DNA of 64,000 nucleotides from positions 10,127 through 74,126 of the forward strand of contig JAJZAI010000011.1 in NCBI GenBank assembly GCA_021799495.1. The letters are read 5' to 3'. Below, piece after piece: positions 19,875-27,928 of the stretch. The DNA is from Deltaproteobacteria bacterium. GTDB taxonomy: Bacteria > Desulfobacterota > Binatia > Binatales > Binataceae. The notes under the pieces are model-generated. The model made no database searches. It had not been told where the DNA came from and saw only the letters and a list, made by a program, of their open reading frames with translations. Every line of letters begins with the position of its first letter. The first letter of the stretch is position 1. The translations under genes and the position numbers were made by a program.

Positions 19875-21019
19875 CAGCGTAACCCCAGATCGCGCGCGAT
19901 TATGCCGCGCAGAATCTCCCGCGTGCCGCCGCGGATCGAAAACGAAGGCGCCCGCAGCGCCGCCTCCGCGAGCAGCCGCTTGAACTTGTCGCTCGACTCC
20001 GGATCCGCCGCCGGCACAACCTCCCCCAGCAGTCGCTCGGTCACGTCCTGTTCGAATAGAGAGCCCATCTCCTTCACTAGCGCCGCCTCGAAATTCGGCG
20101 ACACGCCCTGACCGAGCTGCTCTGCGATCGACATTGACATCCCGCGCAGCGGCGCCAGCCGCGAGATCAGCGATCCGATTAGCGCCGCCGCCCCCGCCGC
20201 AGGTTCGCGCCGCGCCATTTCCGCAAACGCCTCCAGCGCGACGAACGAAGACAGGAACCGCTCCGGACCGCTCCGCTCGAACGCGAGCTCGCTGATCACC
20301 TGCGCCCAGCCCGCGCCCTCGGTTCCGATCAGCGCGTCGGCCGGCGCTTGCACATCCTCGAACAGCAGTTCGTTGAAATCGTGCGTCCCCGCTATGTTGA
20401 TTATCGGACGAATCGTCAGCCCCGGCGTATCCAGCGGCACCAGAATCTGGCTCAGCCCTTGATGGCGCGCCGCCGCGTTCTCGCTGGTCCGGCAGAGCAT
20501 CAGCACGTAATGCGATTGATGGGCGTAAGACGTCCAGATTTTGCGACCGTTGATCGTCCAGCCGTCGCCCTTGCGCTCCGCCCGCGTGCGCACGCTCGCC
20601 AGGTCCGAGCCGGTGTCCGGCTCGCTCATCCCGATCGAGCAAAAGCACTCCCCGCGCGCGATCGCGGGCAATATCCTCTCGCGCTGATCCTCGCTGCCGA
20701 AGCGCAGGATTTGCGGCCCCGTTTGGCGGTCGGCTATCCAGTGCGCCGCCGCCGGCGCGCCCGCCGCCAGCAGCTCCTCGATCACCACGTAGCGCTCAAG
20801 GGAGCTGCGCTCCGCACCGCCGTAGCGCTTCGGCCACGTCATTCCGATAAACCCGGCGCGTCCGAGCCGCCCGCTGAAGGCTGGGTCGAACTGGCTCCAC
20901 GAGTCGGCTCGCGGGGTCGCCATCGCCGGATCGCCGGCCAGAAATTCACGGATCTCGTGGCGCACGCGCTCGAGCTCCGGATACTCCATGCGGACGCTGA
21001 AATTAGGAGGCTTCATCAT
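19874..21019 (-). CDS. acyl-CoA dehydrogenase family protein (upstream subunit of a pair)
   Basis: ACAD motifs GMSEPDTGSDLASV and WTINGRKIWTSYA. Start chosen at the ATGATG at 21019 (GGAG upstream); the alternative is 21046. Confidence 0.88.
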   Translation of the reverse strand: MMKPPNFSVRMEYPELERVRHEIREFLAGDPAMATPRADSWSQFDPAFSGRLGRAGFIGMTWPKRYGGAERSSLERYVVIEELLAAGAPAAAHWIADRQTGPQILRFGSEDQRERILPAIARGECFCSIGMSEPDTGSDLASVRTRAERKGDGWTINGRKIWTSYAHQSHYVLMLCRTSENAAARHQGLSQILVPLDTPGLTIRPIINIAGTHDFNELLFEDVQAPADALIGTEGAGWAQVISELAFERSGPERFLSSFVALEAFAEMARREPAAGAAALIGSLISRLAPLRGMSMSIAEQLGQGVSPNFEAALVKEMGSLFEQDVTERLLGEVVPAADPESSDKFKRLLAEAALRAPSFSIRGGTREILRGIIARDLGLR

Positions 21020-21304
21020 TGATCGATCACTCCGGTCCAATACCATCGCCGGCGCGCCGCCGGCGTTGCGCGGCTCCGCCCGCGCCGGCGACGTTTCGAG
21101 TATCGCATCGCGAGCGTTTCATGCAATCTCCGCCGCTTCCGCGCCGCTAAATACGTTCTACGAAACCGGGTCAAGTCCAGCGATCATCTCGCCAAATTAA
21201 ATCCGATGGAGCCTCTGGCGATGTCTGAAGGGCTGAGTTTGGACGCCGGTTTGGACATCGGCGTGTATTCCGAGAAGAAAGTCCCCGGCTTTATGCGCGT
21301 TCGA

Positions 21305-21382
21305 TGGTGTCCCCGACGGGATTTGAACCCGTGTTACCGACGTGAAAGGCCGGTGTCCTAGGCCGAGCTAGACGACGGGGAC
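21305..21382 (-). tRNA. tRNA-Glu (anticodon UUC)
   Basis: The reverse complement is GTCCCCGTCGTCTAGCTCGGCCTAGGACACCGGCCTTTCACGTCGGTAACACGGGTTCAAATCCCGTCGGGGACACCA. It has a 7-bp acceptor stem GTCCCCG/CGGGGAC, anticodon loop CTTTCAC, a GGTTCAAAT T-loop and an encoded CCA. It closely resembles E. coli tRNA-Glu. Confidence 0.95.
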
Positions 21383-21545
21383 GGATGCGAGCGGATGTGA
21401 GGTAGCCGAAACCCTTAGCCGCGTCAGCCTATCAGAGCGCCGCCGCGCGCGGCAAGCTGCCCCCCTGGATACGCAAGCTCCGGCGGATGCGCGCGATCGT
21501 GGCGAGCGGATACGAAGAGCGAACTTCGCTTCCACGGCGCGGAAC

Positions 21546-22394
21546 TTATCCCGTGAATCTGACCGCGCCGACGATCTCGTTGACCGAAAGCTTGCCGTGC
21601 GCCGCGAGCAACTCGTCGAGTTCACGGTCGATTCGTCCGAGCGCGCCCGCGCCTTCCTTGATCAGCGCCGAACCGACTCCGACCGCGCGCGCGCCCGTCA
21701 GGTGCGCGACATAGGCGTCGCGCCCGCCGTTGACGCCGCCGACCGCGACGATGTCCAAAAGCCCTTCGCCCGCCTGAAAAAACGCGTGCGTTTGCGAAAG
21801 CGGCCGGGCGGGTCCTTTGACCGTTCCCGAGGCGAGGTCGAGCTCGATATCTTTTGGCACGTCGTTGGCGCAGACGGCGATCTTGACGCCTGTCGCCTTG
21901 AACAAGTCCGCGATCGCGCGCGGTTCATAGTCCATCCGCGGCGGAACTTTTACTGCGACCACGGCCTGCACGGCGCCGCGCACGCGCCCGACCAGCGCCT
22001 TCAGCCGTTCCAGGCTCGCGAACGGCGCGACGGATTTTTGCACATAGTCGTCGGCGAGATTGAGTTCGATGATTTTCGCGCCCGCGCGATCGAGCGTGGT
22101 CGCGACCGTGACGATTTCGTCCTCGCTCGCGCCGACCACGCTAGCGATCACCGGTTTGCCCCGCGCGCCGAGTTCGCGCGCGATTCCGGCGAAATGTTCG
22201 ACGCCGCGGTTTTTCAGGTTATCGGGCGCCTCGAGGCCGGCGACATTGCACGACTTGAAGACGATCGCGCCGTTATGGCGCGCGGTCAGCTCGAAAATTT
22301 CGCCGCGTTCTGCGGAATGCGGTCCCGATGCGTTCATCACCGGCGAATTCAGCGCGACGCCGCCCAGCCGGATCGATGTGCGTTCCATGGCCAT
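21546..22394 (-). CDS. dihydroorotate dehydrogenase-fold (class 1-like) protein with divergent active-site loop
   Basis: 282 aa. Shares SPVMNASG, AVKVPP and VGGVNGGRDAYVAHLTGARAVGVGSALIKEG with class-1 DHODH. It has IIELNLADDYVQ where class 1A has ELNLSCPNVPG. Confidence 0.75.
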   Translation of the reverse strand: MAMERTSIRLGGVALNSPVMNASGPHSAERGEIFELTARHNGAIVFKSCNVAGLEAPDNLKNRGVEHFAGIARELGARGKPVIASVVGASEDEIVTVATTLDRAGAKIIELNLADDYVQKSVAPFASLERLKALVGRVRGAVQAVVAVKVPPRMDYEPRAIADLFKATGVKIAVCANDVPKDIELDLASGTVKGPARPLSQTHAFFQAGEGLLDIVAVGGVNGGRDAYVAHLTGARAVGVGSALIKEGAGALGRIDRELDELLAAHGKLSVNEIVGAVRFTG

Positions 22395-22511
22395 CTACCT
22401 ACAGCGCCCGCGGGCCGCGCGGCAAGCGCCGCGCCGCGGTGCGCGATTTTGCGCGCGCGGGATGCTATTGATCATGCGGCGGCGAGGCTTTCGCCGCGGG
22501 AAGGTTTCCGG

Positions 22512-22985
22512 ATGCGAAGCGTAACGCTCCGTCGCGCCAGTTTCGACGCGATTATCGCGCAGGCCGAGCGCGAATTTCCCTACGAATGCTGCGGATTCAT
22601 CCTTGCGGGAGCGGACGGCGAGGAAGTCCGGCCAATTCGCAATATACAGAACGAAAAACATGCGGAAGACCCCGCCGCGTTCCCGCGCGACGCGCGCACC
22701 GCGTTCCTGATGGAGCCGCGGGAGCATCTGGCGGCGCTCAACGAGATCGATCGCCGCGAACTGAAGCTCGCCGTCGTCTATCATTCGCATCCCGACCACG
22801 ACGCCTATTTCTCGCCGACCGATCGCGCGCAGGCGTGCTCGTTCGATCCGGACGAGCCCGATTATCCAGGCACGGCGTATGTCGTGATGTCGGTGCGGGG
22901 CGGGCGCTTCGTGCGCGCGGCGGCGTTCGTGTGGGAGCCGGCGCAAAAAGAATTCGTCGAAGCCAGCCTCGAATTCGCGCCCTGA
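22512..22985 (+). CDS. JAMM/MPN+ (Mov34) family metalloprotease
   Basis: 157 aa from the ATG at 22512. Has an E in ECCGF and the JAMM motif HSHPDHDAYFSPTD (HxHx7Sx2D). Confidence 0.85.
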   Translation: MRSVTLRRASFDAIIAQAEREFPYECCGFILAGADGEEVRPIRNIQNEKHAEDPAAFPRDARTAFLMEPREHLAALNEIDRRELKLAVVYHSHPDHDAYFSPTDRAQACSFDPDEPDYPGTAYVVMSVRGGRFVRAAAFVWEPAQKEFVEASLEFAP

Positions 22986-23061
22986 ATCGCGATCGCCGCG
23001 CGCATCAGCGGCTAGTCTAGTGTCCCGCAAATAATGTGAGAAACGCCGCGGACTGGAACGG

Positions 23062-23161
23062 GATTCTTCGCTGCGTCCTTCGCTGCGCTCAGGACCAGAT
23101 CAGAATGACAGAATTATGCCTCGCCATTGTCATTCTGAGCGAGGCTGCCGAGCGAAGAATC
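23062..23161. repeat. REP/MITE-like imperfect inverted repeat in a convergent intergenic region
   Basis: The left arm gattcttcgct...cagaatgaca (23062-23110) pairs at both ends with the right arm tgtcattctg...agcgaagaatc (23128-23161). The left arm also carries a tandem cttcgctgcg x2. Lies between the 3' ends of the JAMM and CBS genes. Confidence 0.6.
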
Positions 23162-23222
23162 TCGCGCCGCTTTTATTCCTTTGTAAAGTTATCAACGGAA
23201 CGCCACACTAGCCGTCTGATTA

Positions 23223-23663
23223 TCAGGAGGCCGACGAGATATAGCTGCGCAGCGCCTCGAGTTCCGCCTGCGCTTCTTCCAGCCGCTGCTTGACCACGTC
23301 GCCGATACTGACGATTCCGGCCAGCGCGCCGCCGCGAATCACCGGCAGATGGCGGATCCGTCTGAGCGTCATCGTCGCCATCAGCTCGACGATCGGGTCG
23401 TCGGGCGCGCAGGTTTGGACCTCGCGCGTCATCAGGCGGCTCGCCGGAAACGCCAGGACCGATTCGCCATGCTCCGCGATTCCGCGGATGATGTCGCGTT
23501 CCGAGATGATGCCGGCCAGCGCGCCGTCTTCGGCGATAACCGGCGCGGCCCCGATCCGGCTGCGGTTGAGCGTGGCCGCGACTTCGGCGATCGTCGCCGC
23601 CGGAGTGACCGTTACGACTTTCGCGCCTTTGCGCTCAAGCACCGACGTTACCTTTTCAGCCAT
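23223..23663 (-). CDS. CBS domain pair protein
   Basis: 146 aa with two CBS repeats (ISERDIIRGI..., IVSIGDVVK...). Confidence 0.85.
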   Translation of the reverse strand: MAEKVTSVLERKGAKVVTVTPAATIAEVAATLNRSRIGAAPVIAEDGALAGIISERDIIRGIAEHGESVLAFPASRLMTREVQTCAPDDPIVELMATMTLRRIRHLPVIRGGALAGIVSIGDVVKQRLEEAQAELEALRSYISSAS

Positions 23664-23872
23664 GGCTCGCGCTCCTGATTGCGAGATTCCAAATATTAGC
23701 CGGTCTGATCACTCAAATCAGCATTCATAATGGTTTGTCAAGCCTCGGCCAATCCGGTTCCGAGCTTGCTTCCGCCGTCGCGGCCGGCCCGGTATGATTG
23801 GAGGATTAAGCGGCGTTTCTGGCTCGGAACGTCGCGATTGACGCGCGCCGCGGCGCCCGGCGGGAAATTTCG

Positions 23873-25906
23873 TTGCTGACTCTCGACAAGGTCTCCAAAT
23901 TCTACGGTGGTCGCGCCATTTTCGACGGCGCCAGTTGGGCGATGCCCGACGACGGCCGGGTCGGATTGGTGGGACTCAACGGCGCGGGAAAATCCACGCT
24001 GCTGCGGCTGATCGCGGAACTTATACCGGTTGACGGCGGACGCATCGCGCGCCCGCAACGCACTCGCGTCGGCTATCTCCATCAGGATTCGCCCGAGATG
24101 GGCGGCCGATCGGTAATCGAAGAGACCTTGTCGGCGCTGGCCGAGGCGCGTGCGATCGACCGCCGCCGGCTGGAGCTGGAGGAAATTCTCGCCCGCGAGC
24201 ATTCCGGCCCGATCCACGACGCGGCGCTGAACGAACTCGGAGACGTTCTCAGCGAGCTGGAACGCCAGGACTTTTACAGCGCCGAAAGCCGCGCGACGGC
24301 GGTTCTGTTCGGATTGGGTTTTCGCGAAAGCGACCTCGCTCGCGACGTTGCGGAGTTTTCAGGCGGCGTGCGGATGCGAATCGCGCTGGCGAAACTCCTG
24401 CTGCGCCGGCCCGAATTCCTGATGCTCGACGAGCCGACCAACCATCTTGATATCGAAGCGCGCAACTGGCTCGAAGATTATCTGGAAGATTACGCCGGCG
24501 GCATAATCCTGGTTTCGCACGATCACTATTTTCTCGATCGCGTCACCCGCAAGACGGTCGAAGTCGCGCGCGGCGCGTTGATCGAATACAACGGTAATTA
24601 CTCCGATTACCTCACCGAGCGCGAGCGGCGTTTCGAGCAGGAATTTGCCGCCTACGAGAAGCAGCGCGCCGAAATCGAACATATGGAAGCGTTTATCAGC
24701 CGCTTCCGCTATCAGGCGAGCAAGGCGCGGCTCGTCCAAAGCCGCATCAAACAACTCGAGAAGGTCGAGCGCTTGCAGCCGCCGGCCGGACTCGAAAAAC
24801 CGCCGTCGATCGCGTTTCCCGAATGCGAGCGCGGCGCCCGGCGCGTCGTGGAGCTGCGCGGCGCTGTCAAGCGCTATGGCGAACTGACGGTTTATGGCGG
24901 TGTAAGCCTGGAAATCGAACGCGGTGCCCGGGTCGCGCTGGTCGGTCCCAACGGCGCGGGAAAATCCACGATGATCCGCATGCTCGCGGGAATCGAACCG
25001 CTCGATGACGGCGAGCGAATCGTCGGCGACTGTGTCGAAATCGGCTATTTCGCGCAAAATTTGTCCGAATCGCTCGATTATGAGCGCACGATTTACGACG
25101 AGTTAAGCCGCGACGCGCAAGGGATGACCACCAGCCAGATTCGCGGCTTGCTCGGCGCGATGCTGTTTTCCGGCGACGAGGTCAATAAACGCGCCGGCGT
25201 GCTTTCCGGCGGCGAACGGGCGCGGCTGGCGCTCGCCAAAGTGATCGCCCGGCGCAACAACTGTCTGCTGCTCGACGAGCCGACCAACAATCTTGATATC
25301 GTCGCCAAAGAGACGCTGCTCGAAGCGTTGAAGCGTTTTCCCGGCGCCGTGATAATTGTCAGCCACGACCGCCACATTTTGAACCAGCTTGTCACTGAGG
25401 TGATCGAAGTAGGGCAGGGCCACGCGACCCGGTACCTCGGAAATTACGACGATTATCTGGCGAAGAAGGCCGAGGAAGATGCGCGCGCCGTTGCCCGTCT
25501 GTCGCGTGAAAACGAAAATCGCGCCGGCAGCGTCGCGCCTGACAGCGCATCCGTGGCCGGCGCGGCGCGAAACGGATCGTCAGATGCGGCGAAATCGAGC
25601 GGCGATCCGGCAGCCAACGGCAAACATAACGACAAGCCGCGGAATCATGCCGTGTCCCGCCCAATCGATCGCGAAGGCGAGCGGCGGCGTTCCCGTGGCG
25701 CGCGCCGGCGCGCAGATCTCGAAGCGAAAATCGAAGCCGCGGAAAGCGAGCGGTCGGGCATAGGCGTCGAAATGAACGACCCGAATTTCTATCTCGCACG
25801 GCCTGACGCGAATCAGTTGATTGCGCGCTACGAAAAGCTCGGCAAAGAAATTGAGCGGTTGTACGAAGAACTGATGGGGTTCGAGGCGGCCGAAGACGCC
25901 GGCTGA
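23873..25906 (+). CDS. ABC-F family ATPase (Uup-like, with C-terminal coiled-coil)
   Basis: 677 aa with a TTG start. Two ABC cassettes (GLNGAGKST / GPNGAGKST Walker A, LSGGVRMR / LSGGERAR signatures), no TM domain, and a charged linker plus C-terminal helix. Confidence 0.9.
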   Translation: MLTLDKVSKFYGGRAIFDGASWAMPDDGRVGLVGLNGAGKSTLLRLIAELIPVDGGRIARPQRTRVGYLHQDSPEMGGRSVIEETLSALAEARAIDRRRLELEEILAREHSGPIHDAALNELGDVLSELERQDFYSAESRATAVLFGLGFRESDLARDVAEFSGGVRMRIALAKLLLRRPEFLMLDEPTNHLDIEARNWLEDYLEDYAGGIILVSHDHYFLDRVTRKTVEVARGALIEYNGNYSDYLTERERRFEQEFAAYEKQRAEIEHMEAFISRFRYQASKARLVQSRIKQLEKVERLQPPAGLEKPPSIAFPECERGARRVVELRGAVKRYGELTVYGGVSLEIERGARVALVGPNGAGKSTMIRMLAGIEPLDDGERIVGDCVEIGYFAQNLSESLDYERTIYDELSRDAQGMTTSQIRGLLGAMLFSGDEVNKRAGVLSGGERARLALAKVIARRNNCLLLDEPTNNLDIVAKETLLEALKRFPGAVIIVSHDRHILNQLVTEVIEVGQGHATRYLGNYDDYLAKKAEEDARAVARLSRENENRAGSVAPDSASVAGAARNGSSDAAKSSGDPAANGKHNDKPRNHAVSRPIDREGERRRSRGARRRADLEAKIEAAESERSGIGVEMNDPNFYLARPDANQLIARYEKLGKEIERLYEELMGFEAAEDAG

Positions 25907-25914
25907 CGCGCATC

Positions 25915-26991
25915 GTGACATCGAGAGCGGAGAACGCCACACCGTCAGCGTCTCAGCGATGGATCGCCGGAGCGGTCGCGCGCCGCTGGCCGGACGCTGC
26001 GGTCGCGTCGCTCACGCAACTGCGCGGTGACGCCTCGGCGCGGCGTTTCTGGCGCATAGCGATCGACTGCGACGCCGCCGGCGCGCCCGCGACCGCGATC
26101 GCGGTCGATCTGGGTCCGGACGATCTGCCGCATTACGTTCGCGCATTGAACCTCGTTACAACGCCGCCGCCGGAGCCGCCCTGGATCACGATGCGCCAGC
26201 TTTTCGCCGCCGGCGGAGTCGCCGTGCCGGAGCTTTTCGCCGCCGATGCCGAAGCGCGGATGCTGCTGGTCGAGGACGTCGGCGAATTGTCGCTCGCTGT
26301 CGCCGCCGCGCGGGGCGACGCCGCCGATCTTTATCGCTTGGCCGCCGATCAGCTTCTGTTGATCCATCGCGGCTGCACGGAAATTCTGCCTGCGGATTGC
26401 ATTGCGGCGAAAATCGCGTATGATGAACGGCTCTTCCGATGGGAATTGGCGCAGTTCGTCGAGCTTGGCGCCGCCGACGTTCCGGGCCGCTTCGATGCGC
26501 CCGAAGTGGCGCGCGATCTCGACGATCTGGCAGCCCGCCTGGGCGGTTATCCGCGCGTGCTTTCGCATCGCGACTATCACGGCGAAAATCTCTATCTGCA
26601 ATTCGATTCCACAGGCGCGCCGCGCCTGCGCGTGATCGATTTTCAGGACGCGCTGATGGCGCCGGCGGCGCAGGACCTGTCGGTGCTGCTGACCACGCGC
26701 AATGCGTCGGAAGTTATTATGCCGGCGATCGAGCGCCGCGTGCTGGATTACTATTACACCGCCTATTTGCGGCGCGGTCCCTTGATGCCGCTCGGGATGG
26801 ACGAGTTCGTCGAGAGCTACAGGCTTTGCGTGATTCAGCACGCGCTCAAGGTGATCGGCCGGTTCCGCCGCCTCGAACTCGACGGCAAGCCGGGCTACGC
26901 GCGCTTCATCCCGTACGCGCTCGCGCAGGCGCGCCGGATGCTTTCCGGACGCGGCGATTTCGCAGGCCTGCGAGCGGCATTCGACGCCTAG
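25915..26991 (+). CDS. amgK: aminoglycoside-phosphotransferase-fold kinase, AmgK-like (anomeric MurNAc/GlcNAc kinase)
   Basis: 358 aa with LRGDASARRFWRI, LSHRDYHGENL and IDFQDALMAPAAQDLSVLL motifs. Immediately followed by a MurU-like nucleotidyltransferase. Confidence 0.65.
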   Translation: MTSRAENATPSASQRWIAGAVARRWPDAAVASLTQLRGDASARRFWRIAIDCDAAGAPATAIAVDLGPDDLPHYVRALNLVTTPPPEPPWITMRQLFAAGGVAVPELFAADAEARMLLVEDVGELSLAVAAARGDAADLYRLAADQLLLIHRGCTEILPADCIAAKIAYDERLFRWELAQFVELGAADVPGRFDAPEVARDLDDLAARLGGYPRVLSHRDYHGENLYLQFDSTGAPRLRVIDFQDALMAPAAQDLSVLLTTRNASEVIMPAIERRVLDYYYTAYLRRGPLMPLGMDEFVESYRLCVIQHALKVIGRFRRLELDGKPGYARFIPYALAQARRMLSGRGDFAGLRAAFDA

Positions 26992-27001
26992 GCGATCGCA
27001 A

Positions 27002-27781
27002 ATGAAGGCGCTGGTGCTTTCCGCGGGTTATGGCGAACGGCTCAAGCCGCTCACCGACACCACGCCCAAACCGCTGCTTGAAGCCGGCGGCAGGCCGTTG
27101 ATTCATTATCCGTTGCTGATGCTGCGGCGGGCGGGAATCCTCGATGTCGCAGTGAATATTCATCATTTGGGCGAAAATATAAAAGCCGCGCTTGGCGACG
27201 GCGGCCAACTGGGATTGCGGATCGCCTATTCGCCCGAACCAAAACTCGCGGGCACCGGCGGCCCGCTGCTCGCGCTGCGCGGCTTTTTTGGCGCGGATTC
27301 ATTCGTCCTGCTCAATTGCGACACACTGCTCGATCTGGATTTGACCGCGATGATCGAATTTCATCGCGCGCGCCCGGCGCTCGCGACTTTTCTCTTGCGC
27401 GGCTCCGCCGAGGGCGATCCGTACAGCCGGATCGAGTGCGACGGTGAAATGCGGATCCGCCGGATGCGTCTGCTGAAGGGGCGTGCGGCCGGCGAGTTCA
27501 ATGATTTTCCCGCCGGCTTGAGCGAAACGATCGCGCTGGCGCTCCGGCCGTATATGTACTGCGGCGTGATGGTTTGTGAACCGGAAGTCCTGACGATGAC
27601 GCCGGCCGCGCCGCCGTTCAGTTTGATGGGCGAGGTCTTCGCGCCGGCGCTCGCGCATGGTGCGACGCTGCGCGGATTTTTCCATGACGGTTATTTCCGC
27701 ACCGTTGACGATCTTGCCAGCTACCGCGAACTTTGCGGCGAACTCGCCGTCGCTCCGCCGCCGTTGCAATACCTCGACTGA
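27002..27781 (+). CDS. murU: sugar-1-phosphate nucleotidyltransferase, MurU-like
   Basis: 259 aa with the N-terminal LSAGYGERLKPLTDTTPKPLL nucleotidyltransferase motif. Starts 10 nt after the amgK-like stop. Confidence 0.65.
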   Translation: MKALVLSAGYGERLKPLTDTTPKPLLEAGGRPLIHYPLLMLRRAGILDVAVNIHHLGENIKAALGDGGQLGLRIAYSPEPKLAGTGGPLLALRGFFGADSFVLLNCDTLLDLDLTAMIEFHRARPALATFLLRGSAEGDPYSRIECDGEMRIRRMRLLKGRAAGEFNDFPAGLSETIALALRPYMYCGVMVCEPEVLTMTPAAPPFSLMGEVFAPALAHGATLRGFFHDGYFRTVDDLASYRELCGELAVAPPPLQYLD

Positions 27782-27875
27782 TCGCGGTCGCACGCTTTTG
27801 TCGGGCGCGGATCGCTATTGAGTCGGAATAAGACTGGATATCGAGCGCGGATAGTTGTTTTTGGTGGAAATTAAA

Positions 27876-27912
27876 GCGGGCGGCGATCAGAGAGATCGCC
27901 GCCCGCTTCTTA
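27876..27912. terminator. bidirectional intrinsic terminator
   Basis: Perfect 13-bp stem GCGGGCGGCGATC / GATCGCCGCCCGC with loop AGAGA. Flanked by TTCTTAT on the plus strand and TTTAATTT on the minus strand. Sits between convergent murU-like and LLM genes. Confidence 0.8.
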
Positions 27913-27928
27913 TCCGGCTTTGACTTGA

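Noticed and set aside
18849-20648. 599-aa version of the downstream ACAD ORF
   Set aside because: Its N-terminal 258 codons overlap the upstream ACAD gene out of frame and are Arg/Gly-rich. The ATG at 19874 gives a normal-length ACAD with TGATG coupling.
23036-23293. 85-aa ORF in the JAMM/CBS intergenic region
   Set aside because: It reads through the REP-like inverted repeat and into the antisense of the CBS gene 3' end. It is interpreted as a repeat-derived pseudo-ORF, not a gene.
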